DNA of 63,527 bases, counting the filler, from Rhabdomonas costata (Eukaryota), in the NCBI GenBank assembly GCA_019059605.1. It is 31 parts of 31 records of this genome, joined end to end, with 100 filler letters (N's around TTAATTAATTAA, not from the genome) between each part and the next. Parts side by side here need not be neighbours in the genome. Positions count along the whole stretch, not along the records: positions 20,536 to 22,489 come from JAHMHO010007034.1; positions 22,590 to 24,543 come from JAHMHO010007035.1; positions 24,644 to 26,603 come from JAHMHO010007036.1; positions 26,704 to 28,650 come from JAHMHO010007037.1; positions 28,751 to 30,703 come from JAHMHO010007038.1; positions 30,804 to 32,756 come from JAHMHO010007039.1; positions 32,857 to 34,809 come from JAHMHO010007040.1; positions 34,910 to 36,858 come from JAHMHO010007041.1; 23 more parts are not named here. One strand, 5' to 3'. Made by a program: the position numbers and the translations under genes. The notes under the pieces were generated by a model. That model made no database searches. It had not been told where the DNA came from and saw only the letters and a list, made by a program, of their open reading frames with translations. Of the stretch, positions 22,022 through 37,351 are shown piece after piece (the first letter of the stretch is position 1; every line of letters starts with the position of its first letter).

Positions 22022-25000
22022 GTGAGAGGGGAGGGGGTGACCGTGGTGATGTAAAAAGTGCAAATAAAAAGTGGCGGACCGAATTAGCTGAATAGGAGGA
22101 GGAGAACTACAAAAGAGAAGTGCTCCACCACTGTCCCCTGTCAGTCATCCTTCTTTTTTCTGTAGACCCACTGCTTCTTTTTTTTTGGGGGGGGGTGCGT
22201 CTATTTGCATTAATTCTGAGCATGTGCCAGGCAGAAAGATTTTGTTCCCTTTCTTATGATGGTCCCTCAGGGGATAGCAAATACATAAGTTGAGTTTTCT
22301 ACAGCTCCGACCGAACTGGGCCAGATTTTGACGTTGAGGCACTGGTGTGAAATGTTACTCCTCAGTTACTTCCTACTCCAGCTGCTTGATATTCGGTGGG
22401 TGTAGTGAGTAACTGTCGAACCATCTAACCATCACGGTCCACCGGTCTTGCGAAGTGCATCTTCATTACACGCATACACACAACCCTAGNNNNNNNNNNN
22501 NNNNNNNNNNNNNNNNNNNNNNNNNNNNNNNNNTTAATTAATTAANNNNNNNNNNNNNNNNNNNNNNNNNNNNNNNNNNNNNNNNNNNNGTGTGAGGGTG
22601 GGTGTGTTGGTGTAGATGAGCCTGGTAAGGTCTGTGCCGCCGGCTCTACAGACGAGTACTAGGTATGCTGCGGCTGCACGGAGGTAAGACAGGTAGTTTT
22701 TCTGGGATTGTTCGACACTGGTCTGGTTGATCCACTTTCCTCGTGTCGCTCCTAACTGCGTTCCAATAATTTCCTGCTTTTGGTCAACGCTGGTCGCTGT
22801 GCGGTCGGTCTAGACGTCGAGATCGAGTTCTGTATCTTTGAGATTCTTGGATCTCCGGTAACATGGTCATGGTAGACTGTCTGCGTCCAGGAGTCTCGTG
22901 ATGGTGATAATGCCAGAGAGTCTCGAAAAGTCGTATGAATTCTCGCACCGTCGGCTCACCAGTATGCTATGCCGGGTTTGAAGCTGCCTCATGAGTATGC
23001 GGTCTCAGTTTCGTGGTTCCGAACCACTACACCGGACGACTCCATGTAAAATCCACCACAAAGCAACCGGCCATCCATGAGGATCAGTTTTTTGACTGGG
23101 AACGAGCTATCACCACAGGATCACCAACCAGCTTATTGGAAGCTTAACCACAACAAGTCGAAGCGGATATGATATGCTGTACACAATCAGCACATACCAC
23201 GATACCTCGAGCTTCGTCGCCTGGAACGTCAAGCGTTACATCGAGCAAACTACACCCGATGGGATAAACGCTCAGACCTCAGACCTCTACTACAAACTTG
23301 CAAGTAGCCAGCTCAACCTATCCCCCACCGAACCATCAGTGTTGATCCCTCTGGGAAACGACCGTGGCCGAGGCTATTGCATGTATTAGTTCCCAAACCC
23401 CAACTCTGTACATTAGTGTCTCAATGTCTCTCGGATTGTTTCCTCTCGGTAATCGAAAAGGCCCTAGCTATCCGGATGTGAAATTGATAAACTATGGATA
23501 TGGGTGCCTATAGGCGGTTGGGCTCCAGCACAGTCATAGCTTGAATCGAGGAATCGGCAGAAACAAAGATGTGCGTGATTTGAATGACAAGTCGGACGCA
23601 AAATTAGTAAGCCGAAGGGCAGAAAACCACCAAGGCTTACCTACAATGTACCTGAAGCATTCGGCACTATAGTCTCTCTTTCATACCTTTCGGGAGTGCA
23701 AAAAACTCGCGAATGCCAATGAACCTGGAATGCCAAGGCGTCTGGTACGCCAAGACAGAGGAAATTTAAAGGCATATGGAATTACACCCCCGACGACCCG
23801 GAAGCCACCCTCGACGCGTTTCCAGAAAAATCCCAACCTTACCGACTCCTTTGACACCGCATTGACATCGCCAGGCTCCACATTTTTCTTTTTCTCTCGG
23901 AACATTGCACTTTCACATGTTCTCTTCAGGATTTGTATTACGTTTTTGGAGCTAAATCACCATAACGTTTCTAACAACGCCCATCCCTGAACGTCTGGAA
24001 GGCGGTCCCCTTTTTCTTCATTGCCTCCGTTGACGTGAACTTGGACACCAACAGACGAACTACATTACTCACTCCAAAAACCCAAATTATCCCTCAAGAA
24101 GGTTCAGCAAAAGCTCCACGAGATAAACCATCCTACGACTTACGGCCCACGCCCCGAAGACCACGTCGGCAACCTGGGCGCAGACATCACCATGAACGAC
24201 ACTCACTCGACCAATTGGCGACGTCCACCAAGGACTTGGTCAACACTGACCATCTTCTGATCAACTTCCTGCACGCTGACATGTCGGTCATGTTCCCTCC
24301 ATCGACTCACCACCGACATGTCCTACATATCCTACTTGTTCTACGGGTTATTGAGATTACTGCCTGATATCGGATACATGGGCGAACCGAAGTCCACAAC
24401 CACCATCGAGACCCCAATGGCGGTCCAAGAGTGACACTAGTGTTTTTACAGCTTCGAAATCATCAACCAGTCGGGACTCCGGATTTTTTCGAGAGAGATT
24501 AAGACCTGGGTTCTTCCGACTGATTTCTGTGTTCACCAAAACCNNNNNNNNNNNNNNNNNNNNNNNNNNNNNNNNNNNNNNNNNNNNTTAATTAATTAAN
24601 NNNNNNNNNNNNNNNNNNNNNNNNNNNNNNNNNNNNNNNNNNNGGTTCTTTGTCAACAACCATGTTTCCTTTCCTATCCCTAGTCCCTATTGGGCTAATT
24701 GTGGCTCGTTGGCACGATAACTAGCGTCCATCATCTAGGTTCGCTTTCCCTTACTCGTGAAAACGCAAGAAGAAAAATGGTTGTTGATAAAAAAGCTAAA
24801 ACGAAACAAAAAATGAAATTCAAAAAAAAACGAAAACTCACTTCTGACTTACAAAGACGGCGGGTCGAAGATGGCTTGCCAGTGAACATGTGCTGGGTGA
24901 GGATTCCTGTTGGTATTTGGAATCTGGGGTTAGACTCGGAGGTAGGGAGCAGTGGTAGCAGCAGGGTGAGGGGCTTCGCCACTGGGTCCTGTTCGGGTCG

Positions 25001-25147
25001 TTCTCCTTGTGCAGGTCCCTGCAAGGAATCTGCTTGCTGTACGTTTTCCGGTTTGTTGTGTTTGGACGAAGAAGCGAACGCGCAGAACAAGCCACCCCAA
25101 GGAATACACACTTTCCCCCACTCCATAGAAGAGCCTAAAGCAGCAAA

Positions 25148-25278
25148 ATGTTCCGCCGCCTTTCCATGGTCTTGGCCGCGGCGCCCGCGAAGGCCTTCCG
25201 GGTGGCTGTGATTCCCGGCGATGGCATTGGCAAGGAGGTCATCCCGTGGGGCCAGAAGTGCCTGGAGGCCGTGCAGAT
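25148..25278 (+). CDS. Tartrate/3-isopropylmalate (beta-decarboxylating) dehydrogenase family, first exon with mitochondrial presequence
   Basis: MFRRLSMVL leader, then the signature RVAVIPGDGIGKEVI; GTATGC donor at 25279. Confidence 0.85.
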
Positions 25279-25629
25279 GTATGCCACACGCTCACACCAA
25301 CCCACTCCTGTCGACTGCTCACTTCCTCTTCACAGTAATAAACAAATTGGAAAATGGGTGAAGACGGAAACTGAGCAAATTTGCAGCGACGAGGGAAATC
25401 GCTGCCGGTCGGGGGAGGGGGGGGGAGGCAGTGCTTCAGGTGGTCACCATCGCCCCTCCAGTCAGGAAAAAAGTGCTCAGTGAGGCCCCAACACCTGTAC
25501 CGAGTGGTCTAAGTTCCCGAGCTAATTCACCTTGCACCACGGAACAAAACATAGATGTGAGAGTCCCTCCTCATGCTACTTTTCCCGGACAATGCGCAAC
25601 TCCGAAGTCATCGCGGTGTGGCCGTTCGG

Positions 25630-25677
25630 TTAGGGTTGGGGTTGGGGTTAGGATTAGGGTTAGGGTTAGGGTTAGGG
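25630..25677 (+). repeat. Interstitial telomere-type repeat, 8 units of TTAGGG and variants
   Basis: TTAGGG TTGGGG TTGGGG TTAGGA (TTAGGG)4 read directly. Confidence 0.85.
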
Positions 25678-28600
25678 TTCCAGCATCAACAATCGCCAGC
25701 AACTTGGCTCTCACGGTCTCACGTTGTCCCACAGTGCTTAGCACCGTGTGAACCTAACTCCGTGGTTGTGTGGTCTTTGGCATCCTTCCGTTTTGTATGT
25801 TCTTGTTATGCTTCGCTCAGCGATGGTTCGCCTGCACACCTCGTTCCGGTCTTTTTCATTTTAACTAAACACAACTAACAAGCCCGATGCAGACGCGGAA
25901 TGCAGGGGCCACTGTTTTCAGCAGTGTGGAGTGGAGTGAAGCGCGAAATTCATCATTCTTTCACATCATAACATGGAATGAAAGAGTTTTAAAAAGTTTG
26001 CGAAAGTGGATCCAGTAGAACACGTGCGTGAATTCACTGCCCACCCATAAGTGGTCCATTGTGAGCAAGCGGCCCATTGGAAGTTGGGAGGGGGGGAGTG
26101 GTTATGATTACCACTGATAACGGTTTGAAGTCAGTGGTCCAGTCCAGTGGTAACTGAAAACTTTCTTAAAACTTTTGCAAAAATAGCTTAAAAAACGGTC
26201 AGGTAAAACATGCCAGCACCCTCAAAATGACTTTACTTTGTGAAAGGGGGTTTTGTATACTTTGGCAGCGCCCCCTAGATAATCGTTTTTGCTTAGCAAC
26301 TGAAAACTACTGCTGGCTGAGGGCTCGCCAATGCTGCTGGGAGATGGCCGGACGAGTTGGACAGCATTAGTTAGTAGCGGGCCGGAGCAGACGGCTGGGA
26401 TGGGGACGTGACCAGGGGACAACTTTTTTAGAATATGCTCCAGTAGAGAAATTGCTACCACTGGTTACCGGAACCGCCACGGGCAAGCTTGTTCGCTGTG
26501 GCGGTGTGGTGGCTCCTTCTTCTGGACTGCAGGCGCATGCACGCTCTGTCCCATATGGCACAGGTACTCTGGGCTGAGGCTGCAGCTGGTGCCACAACCC
26601 CACNNNNNNNNNNNNNNNNNNNNNNNNNNNNNNNNNNNNNNNNNNNNTTAATTAATTAANNNNNNNNNNNNNNNNNNNNNNNNNNNNNNNNNNNNNNNNN
26701 NNNGTTGTGTGGGATGCAGCACATCACGGTTCTCAAAACTGGTGCTGTGCTATTCAGAGATGAGTTGAATGGTTCGGCACACGCACTTGTGCAGACTCTA
26801 CCACATGAGATGAAAGTTAAACCGTTGGCCTTTGCACAAAGCAAGCTTGCAAAAAGGTCACGCAGTGTGCGTCCTTGAGAGATTCAACGTTCGGGTTCTC
26901 ATCGTGTCACCATTGTGGTGTCACCATCTGCTCGGCATATTTGGCCTGTTCTTCTGCTTCAGCAGTCAGGTGGTCTTTGGTTAAATTGCAGAAGAATCTT
27001 CCCCTTTTCCTGGTGTCATCTGGTCAAAAGAATCCTTTCGCCGACCAGTTGGGTTGCGGGCAGCGCCATGGTCGCCAATAGAACTCGCAGGTATAGCCGC
27101 ATCCCTTTCCGCCTTGCAGGTTTGTAGCTCCCCGGATGGGATGAGCTGGTCCCAAGGGCCCCCGCTGCCTGTGGCCGCGAGCGAGCTTGGAGCCGTGGCG
27201 GTGGCCAGGGGCATTTTCGCCGCTGCGGCGACGGGCTTGGAAGACGATGACTTCGTGCCGCTGCAACTTTCACTTGCTCTGGTCACCAGAAACAATCTCA
27301 AAAGGAATTGATCCGAGAGCGTCCATAAAGCTGACAGAATATTCCCTCCTCTATTGTGTTTCATTCCCTTCCCTCTTTGCTCACCTTGCACCGCTACTTT
27401 TTTGCACGTGATGTACCCAATGTCTTCTTGAATGAGAGACCCTCTCGCGTTGGGTTTATTTTATGTGTGTTTGCTGAGCACGTGCGAGCTGCACTGCAGA
27501 GGCAGCGATTGAGCTGTGTAGCTGCCCATCTGTGGTGGTGGACATGCATCAATTGAGGCTGTGCTCCTGTGCTTCTGTGCTGGGTTTAGAGCAGCGTCCA
27601 TGTGTTGTGTTCGCATTGCTTCAGCACTCACTCGCTCTATATATTCGTGTTTGCTGAGCATTGGTTTGTCCGGCTTCTTCATAAGCCTTTTTTTATGTTG
27701 TCATGCCCTTCCTTTGTTTCTATGAAGTGGTGCCGAAACGTTTCCCCCTCCACTGTGTATTTGGTGTTCTTTGACTTGACTGCTGCTCTTGGCTCTGGTG
27801 TTGGTGTGAGCTATGAAAGAGGTATGAGAAAGTGTTTTCTCCCAAAACTAAACGGATATTGTGCCGCCACGCCGGTACCGATGCCAGGTTTGTTCGGGGT
27901 GGTTCTGATGAAACGGGAGTTTGACTGAAAAGCGTGGTTGAGATGGATAAGACCTCGACGGAACGGCGGGCTTGGAAATGCGCGGTGATGTTGGCGGTTA
28001 GACCTCAAATCTGGCCAAAATAAAGGGGGAAAGTTGGTCGCGGGCAGTATCCGGCGCAGGCGCCGACAAATAATTTAAGGAACTTTGGGTTTTCACGGGA
28101 ATCTGGGGCCCTGTTTGCAATCCGGCAACGTTTTCCAAAAAAAAAATGTGAACTACCCCCCCCCCAGCTCAATGTTGGGTACGGCCGTTTTCCCCCACAA
28201 ATCCGTTATGGAAAGCGTTTTCTGAACGACCTGTTCGCAACGGCGGATTCCTTGTACCGCTAATCCAGCGCACCCAAAAGGGTGGCGACGGGGGAAGCTT
28301 CCTGCTTCGTACCCCTTCGCGCACAAAATAGCGTCTTGAACGCCGCTCGTGGAAAAAATTGATATTTCGGGGAATAGATTTAGCAAAATAGCCTTTAACA
28401 GCGCGCCATTAGGCCAAAAGCCGTCTTCAACTTTAATCGTTTACTATATGACATAACCACCTGCACATCCTCAAGTTCGCCGCCTTCGGGCGGGTGGGAG
28501 CGGGTGGTTGGGTACCGCGGCCCCGGGGTGTCATTCCTGCCCGCCGTAAAGGTGATCTGGAACATCTTCCCCAGCACCGCCCTAACCCCGCTTTGCCTGA

Positions 28601-28782
28601 CCGGGCTGCCCCTGGCCCTGCTGGGGTCCCTGGTGCGGTCCACCCCCAACNNNNNNNNNNNNNNNNNNNNNNNNNNNNNNNNNNNNNNNNNNNNTTAATT
28701 AATTAANNNNNNNNNNNNNNNNNNNNNNNNNNNNNNNNNNNNNNNNNNNNGGGTGGGTGGTTGATGCGGCCAAGGACAGCCA

Positions 28783-29290
28783 GTCCTTGGCCGCATCAAC
28801 CACCGAGCGGGACACAGAGACAAGGGCAGCCACAGCCCGCGTCGGAGCGCTGTGGACGAGCTCCCACTGCACCCGCTCCTTGAGCCGGGTGAGGTGCTCT
28901 GGAAATTCCACCGGAAGCACGCCATGGTGCTCATCGGCCCATGCGAACTTGGGAGATACCTTCCAAAAGTCAGCGTTGGGAGGGCCCCCACGACCTTCGT
29001 TCGGGCACAGCCGATCGTCTCCCACAATGTGGGTGGCCCGCATCGCTTCGAGTACTGCCAGGGGCGCCGCAGGTGGCAAGCGACGGCAACGCAGGTGGAG
29101 AAGCGCACCCTCCCGCAGGGGGGGGGACACCTTGAAGCCGGCAGCTTCTAGCGGCACGCTCGGCGACCTGGGCCCGCAGCTGCCGGGAAGAGGGGAAGAC
29201 TTGACCGGGCAGACTGAGGAGATCGGCGACAGGAACCCTACGGCCGCAACCATGCCCAAACGGTTCCGCTGCTCGCTCAAGACGCTCAAA
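28783..29290 (-). CDS. Exon of a hypothetical protein
   Basis: About 170-codon GC3-rich open frame (..LLHLRCRRL..WADEHHGVLPVEFPEHLTRLKERVQWELV..); strand inferred from codon pattern only. Confidence 0.35.
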
Positions 29291-30917
29291 GAGCAGGAGC
29301 CCGGAAAACAATAAGACAGACATGTACACCACCTTGGCCAGAAGATCCACCGGGCCCCGCGGCGCTGGAGCGGGGAAAGACTCCTGTGGTGAGGCTATGG
29401 GCGACATTCCTTGCGACCCGGTTTGACAAATGAAACACTGTAACGCAGACTGAAACGGAGCCAAATCTGGACGGCAATAATGAAGAGTCCTCGGCGCCAT
29501 GAATGGCGTTGCCTCATGGTCATTTTGGGAAACAACCTATCCAAACAATTACATGTCGGAGAAACGTTGAGCCCCGCACAGATACATGCCAAGACGCCCG
29601 CCTAGCAACCACCCGTCATGCGGTGATGCATTGACCCGTTCCAGCAGGCTTCCGCGTCATGCACTTGAGTTTCTTAGTCAAGGCTAGTCAATGGAAACCT
29701 TCACAATATGGCCCTTGACAGCGGCATGATGCACAGCAACTCGTGCGGAATGTTTGCCCATGTGTCCACTTACCGGGGAAAACCCGAAGCCCGACAAGCC
29801 AATTAGTACACAAAGGGCAAGCCTATTTGGGGCAGGGGGCCCGCAACATTTCTGTATTTCTGTCACAAGCACTCCCTCAGGAAGCGATTTTGGCAGGAGA
29901 ATTTTTTAAGCTTTTCCATTGGTGTTGGGTGTTTGTGTTTTCACCACGGACACGGGTTTCAGCGGCAATTGCAGCCCCTAATCCAGAAACAAGTCTTATG
30001 CGGCCGAAATATTATGCCATTCCGGGCCGCGACGAACCCACAGGCCTCACCCGTATTTGTAAATTCCTCCTCCTGGCTCTCTTCATGCCATACTGAAGCG
30101 AAGAGGGAACGTAGAACACATCACCTGGAAATTCCAGGTATGAGGGAAATGGTTCGCACTTCAGGTGTTGATAACTAACAAGGCCCAAACACCCGCACAC
30201 CCACACACCACAATGCAGCTCGTGAGTGGATCGGTAATGAGGATAACCAACCAGAGCCCACACCCCCACACCCCCCAATGAAAGCCCGTGAGTGATCGGT
30301 AGTGAATTGTCCTCTGCAAAAGAAAGGCGACAGAAAAATGTGAAGAATGAGGACAATCATAGAATTGTTTACAAAGGAAAAAGCAAACCAACCAGGCTAC
30401 GCGTACACTTACACAAACGCGAATCGGGCGCAGCAGTAGTGGTTGTTAGGCGGGCGGCTCTCAGGGCTGACCGACAGGGGGTACACATTCAGGGTCGGCG
30501 GCAGGGGCGTCATCGGCAGCCACGGGGAGGTTGAAGGCACGACCTCCAACCCTCCGCCAACAACCCCCTTCTTTATCGCCCGCATTGCACTACGCGGGAT
30601 CACAACCATCCAGCAAACCCCGCACCAAATTGCCACCGCGCCGGCGAGCAGAGGGACGCCGGTCAGGGGCCGCAATGCCACCCAGGAGGTCCCCACCACC
30701 AACNNNNNNNNNNNNNNNNNNNNNNNNNNNNNNNNNNNNNNNNNNNNTTAATTAATTAANNNNNNNNNNNNNNNNNNNNNNNNNNNNNNNNNNNNNNNNN
30801 NNNTGTGGTTGTGAAGTGACGGGCTCCTCGTCCTTTTGCCATGCTGGATGAGCTGATCGTCGCTGTCCGTCGCCAACCAAGGTTATTATTTTGGCGAAGT
30901 TCTTGTCCTCGCCGGAG

Positions 30918-31824
30918 GTCCTCACGGGCACTCCCAGCGCTGCCTCGCTGTCCGTGGTCCCTTTCCTCGCGGCCACGGAGTGCATGCTGGCGGGGCCGTG
31001 CTGGCACAATTGCGCATGTGGGCGGTTCTCGCCCGCCCCGCTGGGCTTTGATCTGCTTCGCACTTCTGCAGGGGCCCTGCTCAGCGACCCCGCCGCCTCC
31101 TTCCGCTCCCTCCTGCTGGCCTCCGGGGAGCGCCCGTATGCTGCGTTCACTGGTCCCAGCCTTTTCCTTCGTGACCTTGTCTCCACGGTAAGCACAATGC
31201 GGATTGTTTTGGAAGAGGCGTGCCGTTGAGTGTGTTGCACACGGACACGATCGGTATTAGTGATGCACAGAGGTCAGCTTGACTGGTTGCCTATCAGCTT
31301 CTGCTGACTATTTTGTATCTTGTGCCGAGAAGTGCGATATATGCTGTGTGTAAATCGGGTGCGCGGGGGGGGGGGGGTCCAGAGTCTAATTGGATGATTT
31401 TTCCACAGGAAAGGATCTGTGAAATGGCAGGTAAATGAGATGATCGGTGTGAACGGGACCTATTTCTCTTTTTCCTTTCCGCCTTATAATCTCACAAACG
31501 GAAACAAACGGGAACAAACAGATGCAACTGTCCCTGAGTTAAACACCAAATCCAATTGATAAATAATTGCATGTGTGCAGCTACCTCCACCCGGTGGTCC
31601 AGAGGCACCCCCTGAAGCTACACTACGGCCCTGCAGCATGTCCCGGGGATATCCTGATCCCCTACGCCAACACAGAGCTGGGGTTGCAGCCCGGGGTATA
31701 CCGCCCCAACCCCCACCGCGACGTCTTCGTTGCGTTGTCCTCCTCTGTTCTGCCGTGGAGGGCCCCCCTTTTCGACTGCCTCCAGCGCTTCCAGGCCCAT
31801 CGTGGGAACTCCTCTGCGTCCCAG
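30918..31824 (+). CDS. Exons of a hypothetical protein (about 30918-31187 and 31581-31824)
   Basis: GC-rich open segments, GTAAGC donor at 31188 and CAG acceptor at 31580; no family recognised. Confidence 0.4.
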
Positions 31825-32870
31825 GCTGCACCGGAAAACCCAGCCTTTTTGATCCCTTCGGGGAACAGAAGCGCTGGGGTGTTGGGGGCGGTGTGTTGTG
31901 TCCATGGGAGGTTTATTAGCATCATGAGGATTCGGTACATTACTAACGTCTGTTGTCGCTGAAAATAATTTTGGAAGCGGTTGCTCAAACTGCGCTCGGT
32001 GGGGTGGCTGCTTGGGATGATGGGGAGTGGTTAGCGTTTACCAAGCCCAGCCTCAGTTACCGCCTCCGTCCAATAGAGTTTTTAAGGGCGCAGACATTGT
32101 TTCCTACCCTTTCATGTTGAAAGTTCACCTGGCAGTAATATATACACGTTATAACATGTATATGTTCACGTTTCAGATGGATTTCTCCTAGCGTCAACCC
32201 TCAACGTCGATTGCGCAGATATACAGATGGCAAATGAAGTGATTCTTTCGGGGTTGCTGTCCACGCAGCACAAAGTCCAGATCACAGGCTCCCGTACCGT
32301 GGAGACGGTTAGAGCAGCAAGGCGAGAAGGGAGTGAGGCCCGATGGTCTCATGCCCCATCGAGGGTGGGGAGCCAGGGGAGGACTCAGAGTGATGCTCAA
32401 TTGAATGGGGTTCTACCGGGGATGAGAGCCACAGTCAGGTAAGCTCTCTGCCCGCCACTCCGTAAAGTTTTATCTTTCTTCATCGTTCGATGGTTGCTTC
32501 GTTTGACGTTATTTTCTCCTGAAAATTGTATTTTTTGCGGTACACGAAATCAGCCTCCATACCTCTTTAGTAGGTCTGGGAATTGTCCATTTGGGTGGCG
32601 GCTGAGTTCCAGCCCCCACCGTTGCGGCGCTTCTGGTCCCCTCGAGGGGCGGTCAATGCACAAGGGAAAGGAGCCATCCCGGTACCGCCGCGCCGGGTTG
32701 TAGTGCAGGCCTTCAGTGTCAACCGGGACCTCCCCTCGGCTGTCGCCACCCCACCCNNNNNNNNNNNNNNNNNNNNNNNNNNNNNNNNNNNNNNNNNNNN
32801 TTAATTAATTAANNNNNNNNNNNNNNNNNNNNNNNNNNNNNNNNNNNNNNNNNNNNGGTGTTTTGTATCA

Positions 32871-34690
<1,820 letters not shown>

Positions 34691-35286
34691 TGACTATGAT
34701 GTCTGACTGTCAATTCTGCCCCTTAGGAGCTGTAAAAACCAAGCCATTAACCTTCCGACCCTGACTTTTCTCCCAGCTGAAGCTGTTTCTGTTTCCTGCC
34801 CCAACCCACNNNNNNNNNNNNNNNNNNNNNNNNNNNNNNNNNNNNNNNNNNNNTTAATTAATTAANNNNNNNNNNNNNNNNNNNNNNNNNNNNNNNNNNN
34901 NNNNNNNNNGGTTGTGTTGTGAGATTTTCTGTTTGCGGCCACCACAGCCCCACCCTCACCACCCGGGAGAAGAGCCTGCACCCCATCGGTGAAATCAGTG
35001 CAGCTGCCAGGTGTCCGCAAACAGAAAATCTCACATCACAGGACCAATCGTATACATGGTGACCAATACGCACCATTTTTCTGCCTTTCACCTGTTTTTC
35101 TTCCCTTCCCTTCTCTTGTTTCTTAGTGAAACCCAATGCACGTATGATTGCTGTTTGTCTAACTGAGAACATGGGCACACCAGGATGGTGCATGCCGTTG
35201 CTCTTCTGCTGCTTTGCTGTTGCGGTGTTAGAGGCACTGATACCCGTGAAGCTTTTGAGAGTGTGTCAAGAAGACTAAAAACATAT

Positions 35287-35990
35287 TCATGAGGTCTGTA
35301 TACTGGGGGTTCCCCCATTCTCTCCCTCTCTCGTTTCTTCATCTCCTACAACTGGCAGAGAGATTTCTTCTGGAAACGCATTAAGATCCACAAACACTGT
35401 TAATTTCCTGACAGTTCCGGGGTTGCCATATAAACTTTCAGCGGTACCCTTGTCGAACTCCCACAACTTCCTGTACAAACCCCAATCTCATTCCCAGTGC
35501 ACCTCATCGTTTGGTCATGGCATCAGCTGGCCTGCCTTTCCAACCATAGACTGCATAGGTGCACATCTCGCATCAGCGCTATGTAGTGGTAAACTCCAGC
35601 GGCATCTCGGTTTCAGGCGTCCACCCCACAGTTTCCCGCTCCTTCTCTTCACTTGGCTCACCACGTTTTTTTTTGCTTCCGTAGTCTCCTGCGAACCTTT
35701 GCCGACCTATTTCATCGATGTGTTCCTCCCAACGCAGATCGGGGCCGAGCAAAGGACTTTCCGCACCGGACAGCTTCACAGTTTGGGGAGCTGTGCTATC
35801 CGGTGCCTGGAGTAGCCTGTGCATCGGCCGAGAGGAGTCACGGCTGCCCTGCCATACTACCCATGCCATGACCAAAAACAGTCCTACGGCCCCAGCCACG
35901 GCGACGGCCTTGAAGTACCCCAGCATCCCGCCAGGCAAGCGCTCACCATAGCAGGCAGGCTCGCCTCTGCACCAGTCCACCACCACCAGG
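35287..35990 (-). CDS. 3' exons of a membrane protein, hypothetical
   Basis: Hydrophobic helix AVAVAGAVGLFLVMAWVVW at about 35910-35850 and a terminal open segment 35478-35287. Confidence 0.35.
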
Positions 35991-37351
35991 CCAGCGCAAA
36001 GAGTCCATTCGTAGGTTGTGTCCGTGTATAAAATGCCAAGGGAGAGAGAGCGTCACGTCGCACTGCCCAAAGCTTTGGACAGAACAGCCACTCTCAAATG
36101 GCTGCGAACAACAGAAGTCACGGAAGTGTTAGATGCGTTGGAACAGCCCGCCCCAGCGCAGCTCAGGCTCCACGGTTGCAACTCTTGCTGCGGAACGAGT
36201 CATCAACGACGAGGCCACAAAGTCACAACAAGGACACAGGGACAAGCAATACCCTCTGCCTCACACGGAATGGATGTGAACGCTGGTCTACCTTAATTTA
36301 GGAGACAGGCATATGCATTCGGATTTGAAGTCCCCGCTTACGTCCCCGCTGTGGCAGCTGCAGGTATGCTGCAGAGGTAAGTGCTCTGCAAGCGATCATG
36401 TGTGCCTCATTTGAAATGGCCTTCTTTCAAAGGGACACTGAGAAAAGGCAAGGGTACGGCGTGCAGAATGAGGGAATCCTGAAGAAAAGGTGCGATGCAA
36501 ATGTCTCGCTTTAGACAAGACCACAACGGCAAAACCACACTGGAAGAGAGGCGGACAGGGGAAGGCGCAGAAAAGCCTTCCGCGATAGGGGCTCCAAAAA
36601 AATGCCCCCCAGTCTGTACAGTCCCGGCACCGAAAAAGCGCGGCGGGATGAAAAGCAACTGCGAACCGGAAGCAGCGGTGCAAAGGGGGTACAAACGGCA
36701 AAGCAATGGGCAAGAAAGAAACGGAGTCGTTATCAGGGCTCACCGAGAGGGCTTCCAGAAGTCCGCCACGGCCCGGTCAAGCTCGAGCATTCCTGGGCGA
36801 AGCAGGAAGAGACATTTCTTCCGCATTTCTTCCATTACTCCACAAACAACAACCCACCNNNNNNNNNNNNNNNNNNNNNNNNNNNNNNNNNNNNNNNNNN
36901 NNTTAATTAATTAANNNNNNNNNNNNNNNNNNNNNNNNNNNNNNNNNNNNNNNNNNNNTTTTTTGGGGCTCCGCAATCCCATTTGGTGAGATTCTTTTCA
37001 TTTAGTATCGTCTGGTGGTTCACACCAGTCTCACACACTTCCACGTTCTTCAGTAAGCCCATCAAACATCCTAGCAGCACGAAAAAGAAACCCTCATTAG
37101 GAATCACGGTGGAATTTATCTACACGAGTCATGGGACCCCTGGGCCCCTGGTGCACACCCATCAACTAATAAGAGACCTCGAGATCACCAATATTCGAAC
37201 GGGACAGAAGGACACTCGTGTCATACCGTCCGCAACTTTTCGCCGACAAGCACATAGCACTGAAAGCCGCAATGTGGATGCCAGAAAAAGACTACAATAA
37301 TTGTGAAAATACGTGAAAACATGTGGGCAGCTCCAGAATGCCGGTACGCAC

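Noticed and set aside
22590..24543. Contig of different texture with short ORFs, including a YDLRP motif suggestive of a retroelement tail
   Set aside because: No RT, integrase or other diagnostic motif; cannot be supported without a search
28756..28804. Perfect 22-bp inverted repeat with a 5-nt loop
   Set aside because: Lies at the contig end, is perfectly matched and copies adjacent probable coding sequence; typical amplification fold-back chimera
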